Positions 56,843 to 64,000 of a stretch of DNA of 64,000 nt are shown here, piece by piece. The stretch spans positions 640,001-704,000 of the forward strand of contig OY760937.1 in NCBI GenBank assembly GCA_963664225.1. Reading direction: 5' to 3'. The notes under the pieces were generated by a model. That model saw only the letters and a program-made list of their open reading frames with translations, was not told the origin of the DNA and did not search any database. This DNA comes from Verrucomicrobiia bacterium. GTDB taxonomy: Bacteria; Verrucomicrobiota; Verrucomicrobiia; Limisphaerales; UBA1319. Positions within the stretch are counted from its first letter, which is position 1, and each line of letters begins with the position of its first letter. Both the position numbers and the translations under genes were made by a program.

Positions 56843-57637
56843 ATGCCTCAGACCAAAAAAATTGTTTCCAAAACAGCCCATTCCAAGGTGGATGCCACAA
56901 CAACCCCTTCCTCGGGTTTGCGAGCCGATGGCCGCGCCCCGGGCGATCTGCGCCCCATTAAATTTCAGAACGGCATCGCGCCAAACGCGGCCGGATCCAC
57001 ATTGATTTCCTTTGGGAATACCCAGGTGATTTGCGGTGTCACGATCGATGAGGGGGTGCCCCGCTGGATGAAAGAGCAGGGGGTGACCGGTGGATGGATT
57101 ACGGCCGAATATTCCATGTTGCCTTATTCGACGTTGCAGCGCAAACAGCGAGACAGCACCAAGGGCAAGGTCGAGGGGCGCTCCCAGGAGATTCAGCGTC
57201 TGATCGGCCGGTCCATTCGCACGGCGGTGGATCTGGAAAAGCTGGGCGCCCGCACGATCTGGATCGATTGCGATGTGCTGCAGGCCGATGGCGGAACGCG
57301 GACTGCGGCGATCACCGGCAGTTACGTGGCTCTCTCGCTGGCGATCAAGAAGTTGATGGATGCGGGAACTCTCAAGGAAAGCCCTATAGTCAATGCGGTG
57401 GCCGCCGTGAGTGTGGGCATCGTCAAGGGGCGCGTTCTGGCCGACCTCTGTTATACGGAGGACGCGGACGCAGAGGTGGATATGAATCTGGTCATGACGG
57501 CCAAAGGCGAATTTGTGGAAATCCAGGGTTCCGGCGAGGAATCCACCTTCACCATCGAACAGCTCAACACCATGCTGTGTTCGGGGAGTCAAGCGGTGAA
57601 ACAATTGCTCGAACTACAGAAACATGCCATCGCCTGA
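56843..57637 (+). CDS. rph: Ribonuclease PH
   Basis: RADGR, GWITAEYSMLP, GRSQEIQRLIGR and DVLQADGGTRTA motifs. Confidence 0.96.
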   Translation: MPQTKKIVSKTAHSKVDATTTPSSGLRADGRAPGDLRPIKFQNGIAPNAAGSTLISFGNTQVICGVTIDEGVPRWMKEQGVTGGWITAEYSMLPYSTLQRKQRDSTKGKVEGRSQEIQRLIGRSIRTAVDLEKLGARTIWIDCDVLQADGGTRTAAITGSYVALSLAIKKLMDAGTLKESPIVNAVAAVSVGIVKGRVLADLCYTEDADAEVDMNLVMTAKGEFVEIQGSGEESTFTIEQLNTMLCSGSQAVKQLLELQKHAIA

Positions 57638-58562
57638 CGCAACCCTGCATCACATTTCCGTCCTTGTGCCTTCCGAATTTGAGGAAGCGGTGGCGGAGGT
57701 TTTTGAGAATGTATTCGGTCAACCTGCGGTCACCTTTCGCAAGGAGGGGAGCGTGGTGGGAACCGTTTCCGTTTATTGTGATGCTCCGCGGGCGCGCGCC
57801 ATGGTTTTGCGGGGCGCCGTCCAGAAGGCGGTCAATGAACTGAAGCCGCTGCGCGACGCCGGACATCGCGCCCGGGTGTCGCTGAAGAAGGTGCGGCGTG
57901 AAGATTGGGCCGAGTCCTGGAAAAAGCATTTCAAGCCGCTGAAGATTGGACGGTCGCTGCTGATCAAGCCCAGTTGGAGCCGGGTCAAGCTTCTCCCAGG
58001 TCAGCAATGTGTGGTGTTGGATCCGGGGCTGAGTTTTGGCACCGGCCAGCATCCGACCACCGAGTTTTGCCTGCGCCAATTGGAGAAACGGGCCAAGGAG
58101 GCAAAACGACATTTGGATCCGAAGCAGAAGCGGGGATTGTCGTTCCTCGATGTGGGGACCGGGACAGGCATTTTGGCCATCTCAGCCTCCAAATTGGGGT
58201 ATGGTCCGGTGCATGCCTTCGATTTCGATCCTGTGGCCGTGAAGGTGGCGCGGGAAAATGCCCTTGGCAACGGAAACGCGGGTGAAATCAAATTCTGGCG
58301 CGGGGACCTCAAGAAGATGTCGTCCAAATCCCGTCAACAATTTGACGTGATCTGCGCCAACGTCGAGTTCGATGTCTTAAAAAGCGAGCACGCCAAAATC
58401 ATCCATCGTCTTAAGCCGCAAGGAATACTGATTCTGGCGGGGATTTTGAAAAAGCAATTTCCAGCCATCCTGGAGACGTACACCAAGGCGGGCCTCAAAC
58501 GGGTGGCTGAGAAGGTGCAAAAGGAGTGGCACTCCGGGGCGTTTGAATGGGCAGCGGATTGA
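57624..58562 (+). CDS. prmA: Ribosomal protein L11 methyltransferase
   Basis: EDWAESWK, DPGLSFGTGQHPTT and LDVGTGTGILAI motifs. Confidence 0.93.
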   Translation: MPSPDATLHHISVLVPSEFEEAVAEVFENVFGQPAVTFRKEGSVVGTVSVYCDAPRARAMVLRGAVQKAVNELKPLRDAGHRARVSLKKVRREDWAESWKKHFKPLKIGRSLLIKPSWSRVKLLPGQQCVVLDPGLSFGTGQHPTTEFCLRQLEKRAKEAKRHLDPKQKRGLSFLDVGTGTGILAISASKLGYGPVHAFDFDPVAVKVARENALGNGNAGEIKFWRGDLKKMSSKSRQQFDVICANVEFDVLKSEHAKIIHRLKPQGILILAGILKKQFPAILETYTKAGLKRVAEKVQKEWHSGAFEWAAD

Positions 58563-58665
58563 TTCTTCGGATTGTCTTCCGTTGTGGCGGCTCGTTATAC
58601 TTACGATTTGCATAGTGGCGGAGATGATGTATCGTATGACGGAGTTAGTAATAGAGCGGGGGTTT

Positions 58666-58884
58666 ATGTCTGCCAAAAAGCATAAGAAATTGCAGCGGAA
58701 GCCGGGAAAAAGCCCGGCCAAGCCGGTTGCAGACCATGCTGGTAAGACTATCGCAGGAATCCCCCATGCTCTAAAAACCAGTCCCCCGGTGCAATGGGCG
58801 AAAGCAGTGGCGGAATTCTTCCATTTGCCCAGTTACTTCATGCCTTCGAAGTCCAAGCATCCCTTTCAACGCATCAACGAATAG
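58666..58884 (+). CDS. Possible small basic protein
   Basis: MSAKKHKKLQRKPGK... with a G-rich SD-like sequence upstream; no family recognised. Confidence 0.3.
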   Translation: MSAKKHKKLQRKPGKSPAKPVADHAGKTIAGIPHALKTSPPVQWAKAVAEFFHLPSYFMPSKSKHPFQRINE

Positions 58885-58905
58885 GGGCCGACTTTATCTC
58901 TTGGG

Positions 58906-59229
58906 CTATGGGCTCACCGTAAACAGGCGCTCCAAATCTCGCGCGCCATGTAGTACACGCACGATTTCGATACTAGCTGCTGTCTCCCGGTTAAAAACCA
59001 AATAGGTGGGGAATTCGTCAATGCGCCACGATCGCAAGCCCTTCAGCAAGTTCCTGCGAAATTGCCGGGGACGACCTTGTCCGGGGGATTTGGAGAGCTT
59101 TGTAAACGTGGACTCAGCGCAATTGGTGAAACGAATCGCCAACTCAGCGTTTCCTGCCACATCGAGAAAATAATCCAAAATTGCATGGAGATCGCACCTG
59201 GCGGCCGGGGCGATTGTATAGTGGCTCAT
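58906..59229 (-). CDS. parE: ParE/RelE family toxin
   Basis: IAPAARCDLHAI...LSKSPGQGR...GLRSW...IVRVLHGARD. Confidence 0.9.
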   Translation of the reverse strand: MSHYTIAPAARCDLHAILDYFLDVAGNAELAIRFTNCAESTFTKLSKSPGQGRPRQFRRNLLKGLRSWRIDEFPTYLVFNRETAASIEIVRVLHGARDLERLFTVSP

Positions 59230-59504
59230 CGATTGGCACGCTTGAAGTTCGCATTCCGCTTCCTGAGTTCGGCCATAACCTGGTCCCCCGGAATGCCATC
59301 GCCCTGTTCAAGTTGTTTGACTCCCTCAGCCAGCTTGTCTTCCAGTTCTTCCAAAGTGGAAACCGAAAAGGAAGGTTGCCGTTCTTTATCTTCCTTGAGT
59401 CGGCGAAGGCCGGCACGCACCACTTCGCTGGCAGTCTGGTAAAGGCCGCCTTTGACTTCGCCGTTTATAAAATTTTCAAGCTCTGGTGTTAGTGATACGT
59501 TCAT
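59226..59504 (-). CDS. parD: ParD family (CopG/RHH) antitoxin
   Basis: MNVSLTPELENFI...GLYQTASEVVRAGLR; ATGA overlap with the toxin. Confidence 0.9.
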   Translation of the reverse strand: MNVSLTPELENFINGEVKGGLYQTASEVVRAGLRRLKEDKERQPSFSVSTLEELEDKLAEGVKQLEQGDGIPGDQVMAELRKRNANFKRANR

Positions 59505-59573
59505 AACTGTTTCCGCGTTCTCCTCACGCTTCTTGCCATATTTTACAAAATAACAGAAATTGCGCAAATTATG

Positions 59574-60239
59574 TTATTGAGTGTTCTGCAAAGCGTTTGA
59601 TGTGACCCGGCTTCCCTGGATCACCAAGGAGCCACTCTTTTGCAGGACCAGTCGCAGGACCATGGTGTTGAGATCGGCGGCGGTTTTGATGTTTTTCTGG
59701 ATTTGATTTTTCACGCCCAGATCGATTTCCCGCGCGGGTCCCGGGGTTTTCAAGCTCACAAAACGGATTTTGCCCAAGGTCAGGTTGAGCGTGTCAATTC
59801 CCATAAAGTCCAAGGATTGTACCTGGGCTTTTTTCTGTGAATTGGCCTGGGTTAATGCCTGAAGCATTTGAAGATTCGTCTGGCCTTTCTGGTTTTCCAC
59901 CACGTCGATCTCGCTCAGATTGAAGCGCAGTAGGGTGAGTCTAAGCTCGCGGTGGCTCAAAGCCGCGCGGTCGTACTCGACATGGATCTCCTTGACGATG
60001 AGGAAGGGGGAGCCGCCGAATTGGGCGGGGTTGTAGAGGATAAAATCCTCGAGCGTCAGGGTGGGGGCCATAAGCGCTAGTTCGAACGAGCCGATGCGGG
60101 CTTCCAAACCGGTTTCCGAGCGTATGCGGCTCTCGATCCATGACTTGAGCAGGATGTCCTTGAGCAGAACCAGCGACACGCCCAGGACGATGAGCAGGAT
60201 TACGAGCCGGAACAACCAGCGTGTTATGAATCGGATCAT
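59574..60239 (-). CDS. Short AsmA-family protein
   Basis: N-terminal TM, 'IRSETGLEARIG', 'LYNPAQF' and 'GQTNL' motifs. Confidence 0.7.
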   Translation of the reverse strand: MIRFITRWLFRLVILLIVLGVSLVLLKDILLKSWIESRIRSETGLEARIGSFELALMAPTLTLEDFILYNPAQFGGSPFLIVKEIHVEYDRAALSHRELRLTLLRFNLSEIDVVENQKGQTNLQMLQALTQANSQKKAQVQSLDFMGIDTLNLTLGKIRFVSLKTPGPAREIDLGVKNQIQKNIKTAADLNTMVLRLVLQKSGSLVIQGSRVTSNALQNTQ

Positions 60240-60319
60240 CGTGGAATGGGATTGATGCAAGGAAGCATAGATGGGGCGGAGAGGATTTCAACCCGAAAGG
60301 GTGGGGTTGTATTGGATAT

Positions 60320-60346
60320 AAAAAAAGCCCCGCGCTTGCGGGGCTA
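60320..60346 (-). terminator. Intrinsic terminator after skp
   Basis: Minus strand AGCCCCGC-AAGC-GCGGGGCT followed by a T run. Confidence 0.8.
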
Positions 60347-60371
60347 TAGTGAAATTTATACGGCGTCCCGA

Positions 60372-61049
60372 TTACTTCTTGTCATCCTTTTTCGGAGCTT
60401 TGGCGTCCGGTGTCGGCTTGGGATTCAGATCCAGGGGCGAGACTTTGGAGGCTTCATCGGCGGTCTTGAGGAAATCCGCGGGGGCGTTGATGTTGAGTTG
60501 ACGAAGGACATCTTCCGTAATCTCATTTTCGCCATTGTTATAGACGAGGACGGGCGTGTTGTTGACGCTCTCAGCCGCCGTATCGAGCACCACGGAATAG
60601 GCCGCTGTTTTGGCCTTGGTAGCGATGACTTCCTGAATTTCGCGCAGGATGGAGTCCCGCATGCGGCGTTGTTGCTCGTTAAGGGTGGCCCGGGCCGTGC
60701 GGTCGAACTGGTTCACCTGGGTTTCGATTTCCTGAATTTCCCGAAGCTTGGTTTCGGCGGATTTCTTGCGTTTATCGCGCTCCTCGGTGGAGACGGCTTG
60801 ATCGCCGGCGCTATCGAGAAGCTTTTTGTATTCCTCGTTGGCTTTTTGATAGCCGTCGATCAGGTCTTTGCGTTGTTTGTCGAATTCCGCCGCGCGCTCT
60901 TTTAATTGGACATCGGCCTGCCTGGTTTTCCAAAAACCATCGAACACCTTTTTGAGGCTGATGATACCGACCTTGGTCTCGGCCTGGGCTGGAATTACCA
61001 TTGCCAGGCAGATCGCCGCGAGAATGGACCTGAAAAATGTTGATTTCAT
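60372..61049 (-). CDS. skp: OmpH/Skp periplasmic chaperone
   Basis: Signal peptide, KVGIISLKKVF, coiled coil, YSVVLD...EITEDVL; downstream of bamA. Confidence 0.9.
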   Translation of the reverse strand: MKSTFFRSILAAICLAMVIPAQAETKVGIISLKKVFDGFWKTRQADVQLKERAAEFDKQRKDLIDGYQKANEEYKKLLDSAGDQAVSTEERDKRKKSAETKLREIQEIETQVNQFDRTARATLNEQQRRMRDSILREIQEVIATKAKTAAYSVVLDTAAESVNNTPVLVYNNGENEITEDVLRQLNINAPADFLKTADEASKVSPLDLNPKPTPDAKAPKKDDKK

Positions 61050-61219
61050 AAAATTCGAACTGTTATTTAACTTATAACCGTCTCATTGTAATCGTCTGCG
61101 AGATATTTTCCATCATTTATTGCCCGACTGAGAAATTTCGTGATTGAACCCCGCTTTGAATGTCCAAAACGGAGTCAATGATCGAAGAGGCTTGTCTGGC
61201 AGGGCTTTGCGTATGACGC

Positions 61220-63610
61220 TTAAAACTCGCGGGTGTAGCCCACACTGAATTGGAACTTGCCCGTGTCGCCTGTGAATTTTCCGCTGTTGAGCGGAATGCC
61301 GTAGTCCAGGCGCAAGGGGCCGATGGGCAGGTTCAGGCGCAAGCCCACGCCGACATCGTGCAGGTATTCGCTCATCCGGTAATTATAGGCGCCAGTATAA
61401 ACGTTACCAATGTCGTAGAAAGCAGCCACGCGCACGCGATCGATGACCGGAATGCTGTATTCGGCGCTTCCATACCAATAAGTGCCGCCACCAAAGGGCT
61501 CGCCGTCGCTGGCGATGAAGGTGTCGTCGGCTCCGACGTAATGGTATTTATAGCCGCGCAAGGTGTTGGCGCCGCCCAGGAACCACCGGTCGAACAGTGG
61601 AACTTTTTTGGTATCCCCGTAGGAATCCACGACGCCGGTGCGCCCGGTCAATTCAATGATGTGGCCTTCACTCAAACCCTTGAAATACCAGGAGGAACGC
61701 AGCTCCAGTTTGTAGAAATCGCGTTCGCCACCAAAGGGTCCGCCCGCCACTTCGGTGAGTAATTCAGTGCGCTGGCCGTGGTTTGGCTGAATGGCGCTGT
61801 TGCGGGTATCGTAGGCGATGGAGGTGCCGACTTTGGAGACGAGGTAACTGCCTTGTTCCTGTTTGATGAGTTCGGGGGCGGTGTCGGCGACATTGATGAT
61901 GCCAATGTTTTCCACGGTGTAGCTGACGCCTCCAATGAGGAAGTCGCTTCCCAAGGCGCGGGTCAAACCGAGGCGCGCGCCGGTCTGGCGTTCGTCGTAT
62001 AAATCGCTCAAGTAATTGAGTTCGCGGTGGTACAAATCCACGCTCAAGGCGAGTTTTCGACCCAAAAACCAGGGCTCGATGAAACTCATGATATAGTCCT
62101 GCCGCTGGGTGCCCAATTGCACGCGGATTCGGAATTTCTGGCCGCCGCCGGTGAAGTAGGGAGGCTTGAACAGGTCAAAATTTCCCTGATTGACTTCAGC
62201 AAAACCGACGACTTCGTCGATGGTGCTGAAACCGGCGCCCACGAGGAAGTTGCCGGTGTTTTTTTCCTCGACCCCAACGACCAGGTTTTTGCGGTTGGGA
62301 ACGTCGGTTGGCTCGGGTTGCGCCTCGACTTTTTCGAAGTAGGTGAGTTGTTCGAGGCGGGTTTTGCTCAGGTTGACTTTGACCATGTCAAAGACTTCGC
62401 CGGGGGCGACCGCCAACTCGCGACGAATGACCTTGTCCTTGGTCTTGGTGTTGCCTCGAATTTCGACCTTTTCGATGAAGGACTTGTCTTTTTCCTCAAT
62501 CTGATAGGTCAAATCCATCGTGCTGGTTTCGGGGTTGGGCATGCGAACGGCTTCGATGCGTGAGTCGATGTAGCCCCGGGCCCCATAAAAATTCTTGATC
62601 GCTTCGATGTCTTTATTCAAGCCCACCGGGGTGAATGTCTGGCCCACAGTGAGGCGCAAGCCGGTCGGATTCTCGGTCTTTTTGCGTTTGCCCGGGTCGA
62701 TGCGGCTCTTGTTATCGGCGATCCATTTTTTGATTTCCGCGGCGGAAAAGAGCTGGTTGCCTTTGAAATCGACCGCGCCGACTTTGTATTGGCGACCTTC
62801 GTTGATGAAAAATTGGATGACCTCCCATTTGGGATTTACCTGGTTGAATTTGACATCTTTAAGCTCGAAATCGATATAACCTTCGTTGCGGTAGAATTCG
62901 GAGAGCTTTTCCTTGTCGTCTTCAAATTGCTCGTCCTTGAGGACGCCGCTTCCGGTCAGCCAGGAGAACATCCAGCGCTTGCGGGTTTTGATGGTTTTGC
63001 GGAGCTTTTTCTCGGGAAAGGCATTTGAACCCACAAATTCGACGCGCTCGATTTTGATTTTGGGCGCTTCCGTGATCTCGAAGACAACGGTGCCGCGTCC
63101 GGCGCGTTCATCAATGTTCTCGACGTATTTGACCTGGGTTTTTTGATAACCCTTTTTTTGGTAATACTTGAGGATTTCCTGTGAATCGGAGAAGAGTTTG
63201 CGCTCGTCCACCGGTTCGCCCGTTTTGGAGGTGACTTTTTTGAGGAGCTTCTTGCGGGATTGGATTTTGTTACCGTTGAAAACGACCTCGGTCAGGACGG
63301 GCTTGCCCTGCATGACGTAGGTCAGGCTTACGCCGTCCGTGCCACGCTCTTCTGTGACCTGGACATTTCGAAAAAGCCCTGTGGAATAGAGGGTGCGTAT
63401 GTCGTTGTCGATGGTGCTGCGGGTATAAACCTCGCCGGGTTTGGTGCGGATGTTGGCGCGCACCAAATCATCGCTGGCGGCAGCCGGTCCGATGTTTTTG
63501 ATGGCGACATTGACGATGGACGGCCCCTCAGCGGCCTGCATGTGGGGAGCGGGAGCGCCCAGCAATAATAACGCCACAATGATGGCGCAGCGGCGAATCA
63601 GTAATTTCAT
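61220..63610 (-). CDS. bamA: Outer membrane protein assembly factor BamA
   Basis: POTRA repeats (GNTKTKDKVIRRE), LGGANTLRGY, PIGPLRLDYG; terminal Phe. Confidence 0.96.
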   Translation of the reverse strand: MKLLIRRCAIIVALLLLGAPAPHMQAAEGPSIVNVAIKNIGPAAASDDLVRANIRTKPGEVYTRSTIDNDIRTLYSTGLFRNVQVTEERGTDGVSLTYVMQGKPVLTEVVFNGNKIQSRKKLLKKVTSKTGEPVDERKLFSDSQEILKYYQKKGYQKTQVKYVENIDERAGRGTVVFEITEAPKIKIERVEFVGSNAFPEKKLRKTIKTRKRWMFSWLTGSGVLKDEQFEDDKEKLSEFYRNEGYIDFELKDVKFNQVNPKWEVIQFFINEGRQYKVGAVDFKGNQLFSAAEIKKWIADNKSRIDPGKRKKTENPTGLRLTVGQTFTPVGLNKDIEAIKNFYGARGYIDSRIEAVRMPNPETSTMDLTYQIEEKDKSFIEKVEIRGNTKTKDKVIRRELAVAPGEVFDMVKVNLSKTRLEQLTYFEKVEAQPEPTDVPNRKNLVVGVEEKNTGNFLVGAGFSTIDEVVGFAEVNQGNFDLFKPPYFTGGGQKFRIRVQLGTQRQDYIMSFIEPWFLGRKLALSVDLYHRELNYLSDLYDERQTGARLGLTRALGSDFLIGGVSYTVENIGIINVADTAPELIKQEQGSYLVSKVGTSIAYDTRNSAIQPNHGQRTELLTEVAGGPFGGERDFYKLELRSSWYFKGLSEGHIIELTGRTGVVDSYGDTKKVPLFDRWFLGGANTLRGYKYHYVGADDTFIASDGEPFGGGTYWYGSAEYSIPVIDRVRVAAFYDIGNVYTGAYNYRMSEYLHDVGVGLRLNLPIGPLRLDYGIPLNSGKFTGDTGKFQFSVGYTREF

Positions 63611-63616
63611 GACACT

Positions 63617-64000
63617 CTAGTTTTCCACTGGCATAGACTCGCTGACCTTCGACGCGCTTTCAAAGCGCGTATAACCTTTGAAAAAGGTCAGATTCACCTC
63701 GCCGGTCGGGCCATTGCGCTGCTTGGCAATGATCAAATTGACAGGCAACGATTCTTGTTCCTCGCGGGGGCCTTCATCATCGTCGCCACCACTGGGCTTG
63801 TACAATAAGGCCACAAGATCCGCATCCTGTTCAATGGCACCCGACTCGCGCAGATCCGACAGCCGGGGTTTGCGGTTTTTTTCCTTCTCGACCTCGCGGT
63901 TGAGCTGGCTCAAGACGATGACCGGAACGTTTAATTCCTTGGCCAGAGCCTTGATGCCGTTGGAAATATCCGCAATTTCCTGTTGGCGGTTGTCTGCTCG
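63617..64000 (-). CDS. dnaB: Replicative DNA helicase, C-terminal part (begins outside window)
   Basis: [19 protein letters not shown]...[17 protein letters not shown]...[10 protein letters not shown]. Confidence 0.96.
   Translation of the reverse strand, partial: RADNRQQEIADISNGIKALAKELNVPVIVLSQLNREVEKEKNRKPRLSDLRESGAIEQDADLVALLYKPSGGDDDEGPREEQESLPVNLIIAKQRNGPTGEVNLTFFKGYTRFESASKVSESMPVEN

Noticed and set aside
1..64000. tRNA/rRNA genes, prophage, integrase, transposase, reverse transcriptase
   Set aside because: No cloverleaf or T-loop signatures in the intergenic gaps and no ORF with the relevant catalytic motifs were seen. A tRNAscan/Infernal run would be needed to exclude small RNAs formally.

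Overview
Chromosomal window from a GC-rich Gram-negative bacterium, most likely Verrucomicrobiota subdivision 3 (Pedosphaerales/Limisphaerales-like). This is an inference from the dnaB-bamA-skp gene order, the 'xTNL..W..FY(R/I)' C-terminal domains and Thr-Asn-rich exported proteins. The left end carries the start of an Ech-type energy-converting [NiFe]-hydrogenase operon (echA, truncated echB). Next come housekeeping and envelope genes: deoxyhypusine-synthase-like protein, dimeric dUTPase, guaB, an exbB/exbD/TonB-like cluster, rdgB, uvrA, a ClC, a response regulator, a PIG-L deacetylase, three tandem CNNM/CorC genes and an ECF sigma/anti-sigma module. An accessory stretch (~25-48 kb) holds a secreted protein with three pilin-head-like repeats, a B12 radical SAM-STAS fusion, a wrbA/SDR/ycaC/porin/amidohydrolase cassette, a 5x53-bp REP tandem array, a glycosidase-like protein, a double-FAD protein and an MBOAT/SGNH pair. 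The right end has ilvB-trpA behind a Val-rich leader-peptide attenuator, an alpha-CTD/sigma4/multi-winged-helix fusion protein, a GH42-like enzyme, DHH-rph-prmA, a parDE toxin-antitoxin pair, and asmA-like/skp/bamA/dnaB. I found no rRNA, tRNA, CRISPR array, integrase or transposase. The best novelty candidates are the RNA-polymerase-module fusion protein (51758-53506), the triple pilin-head exported protein (25004-26725), the leaderless Val attenuator controlling ilvB-trpA, and an ExbD lacking the essential transmembrane Asp. All calls come from motif recognition by eye; no database searches were run.
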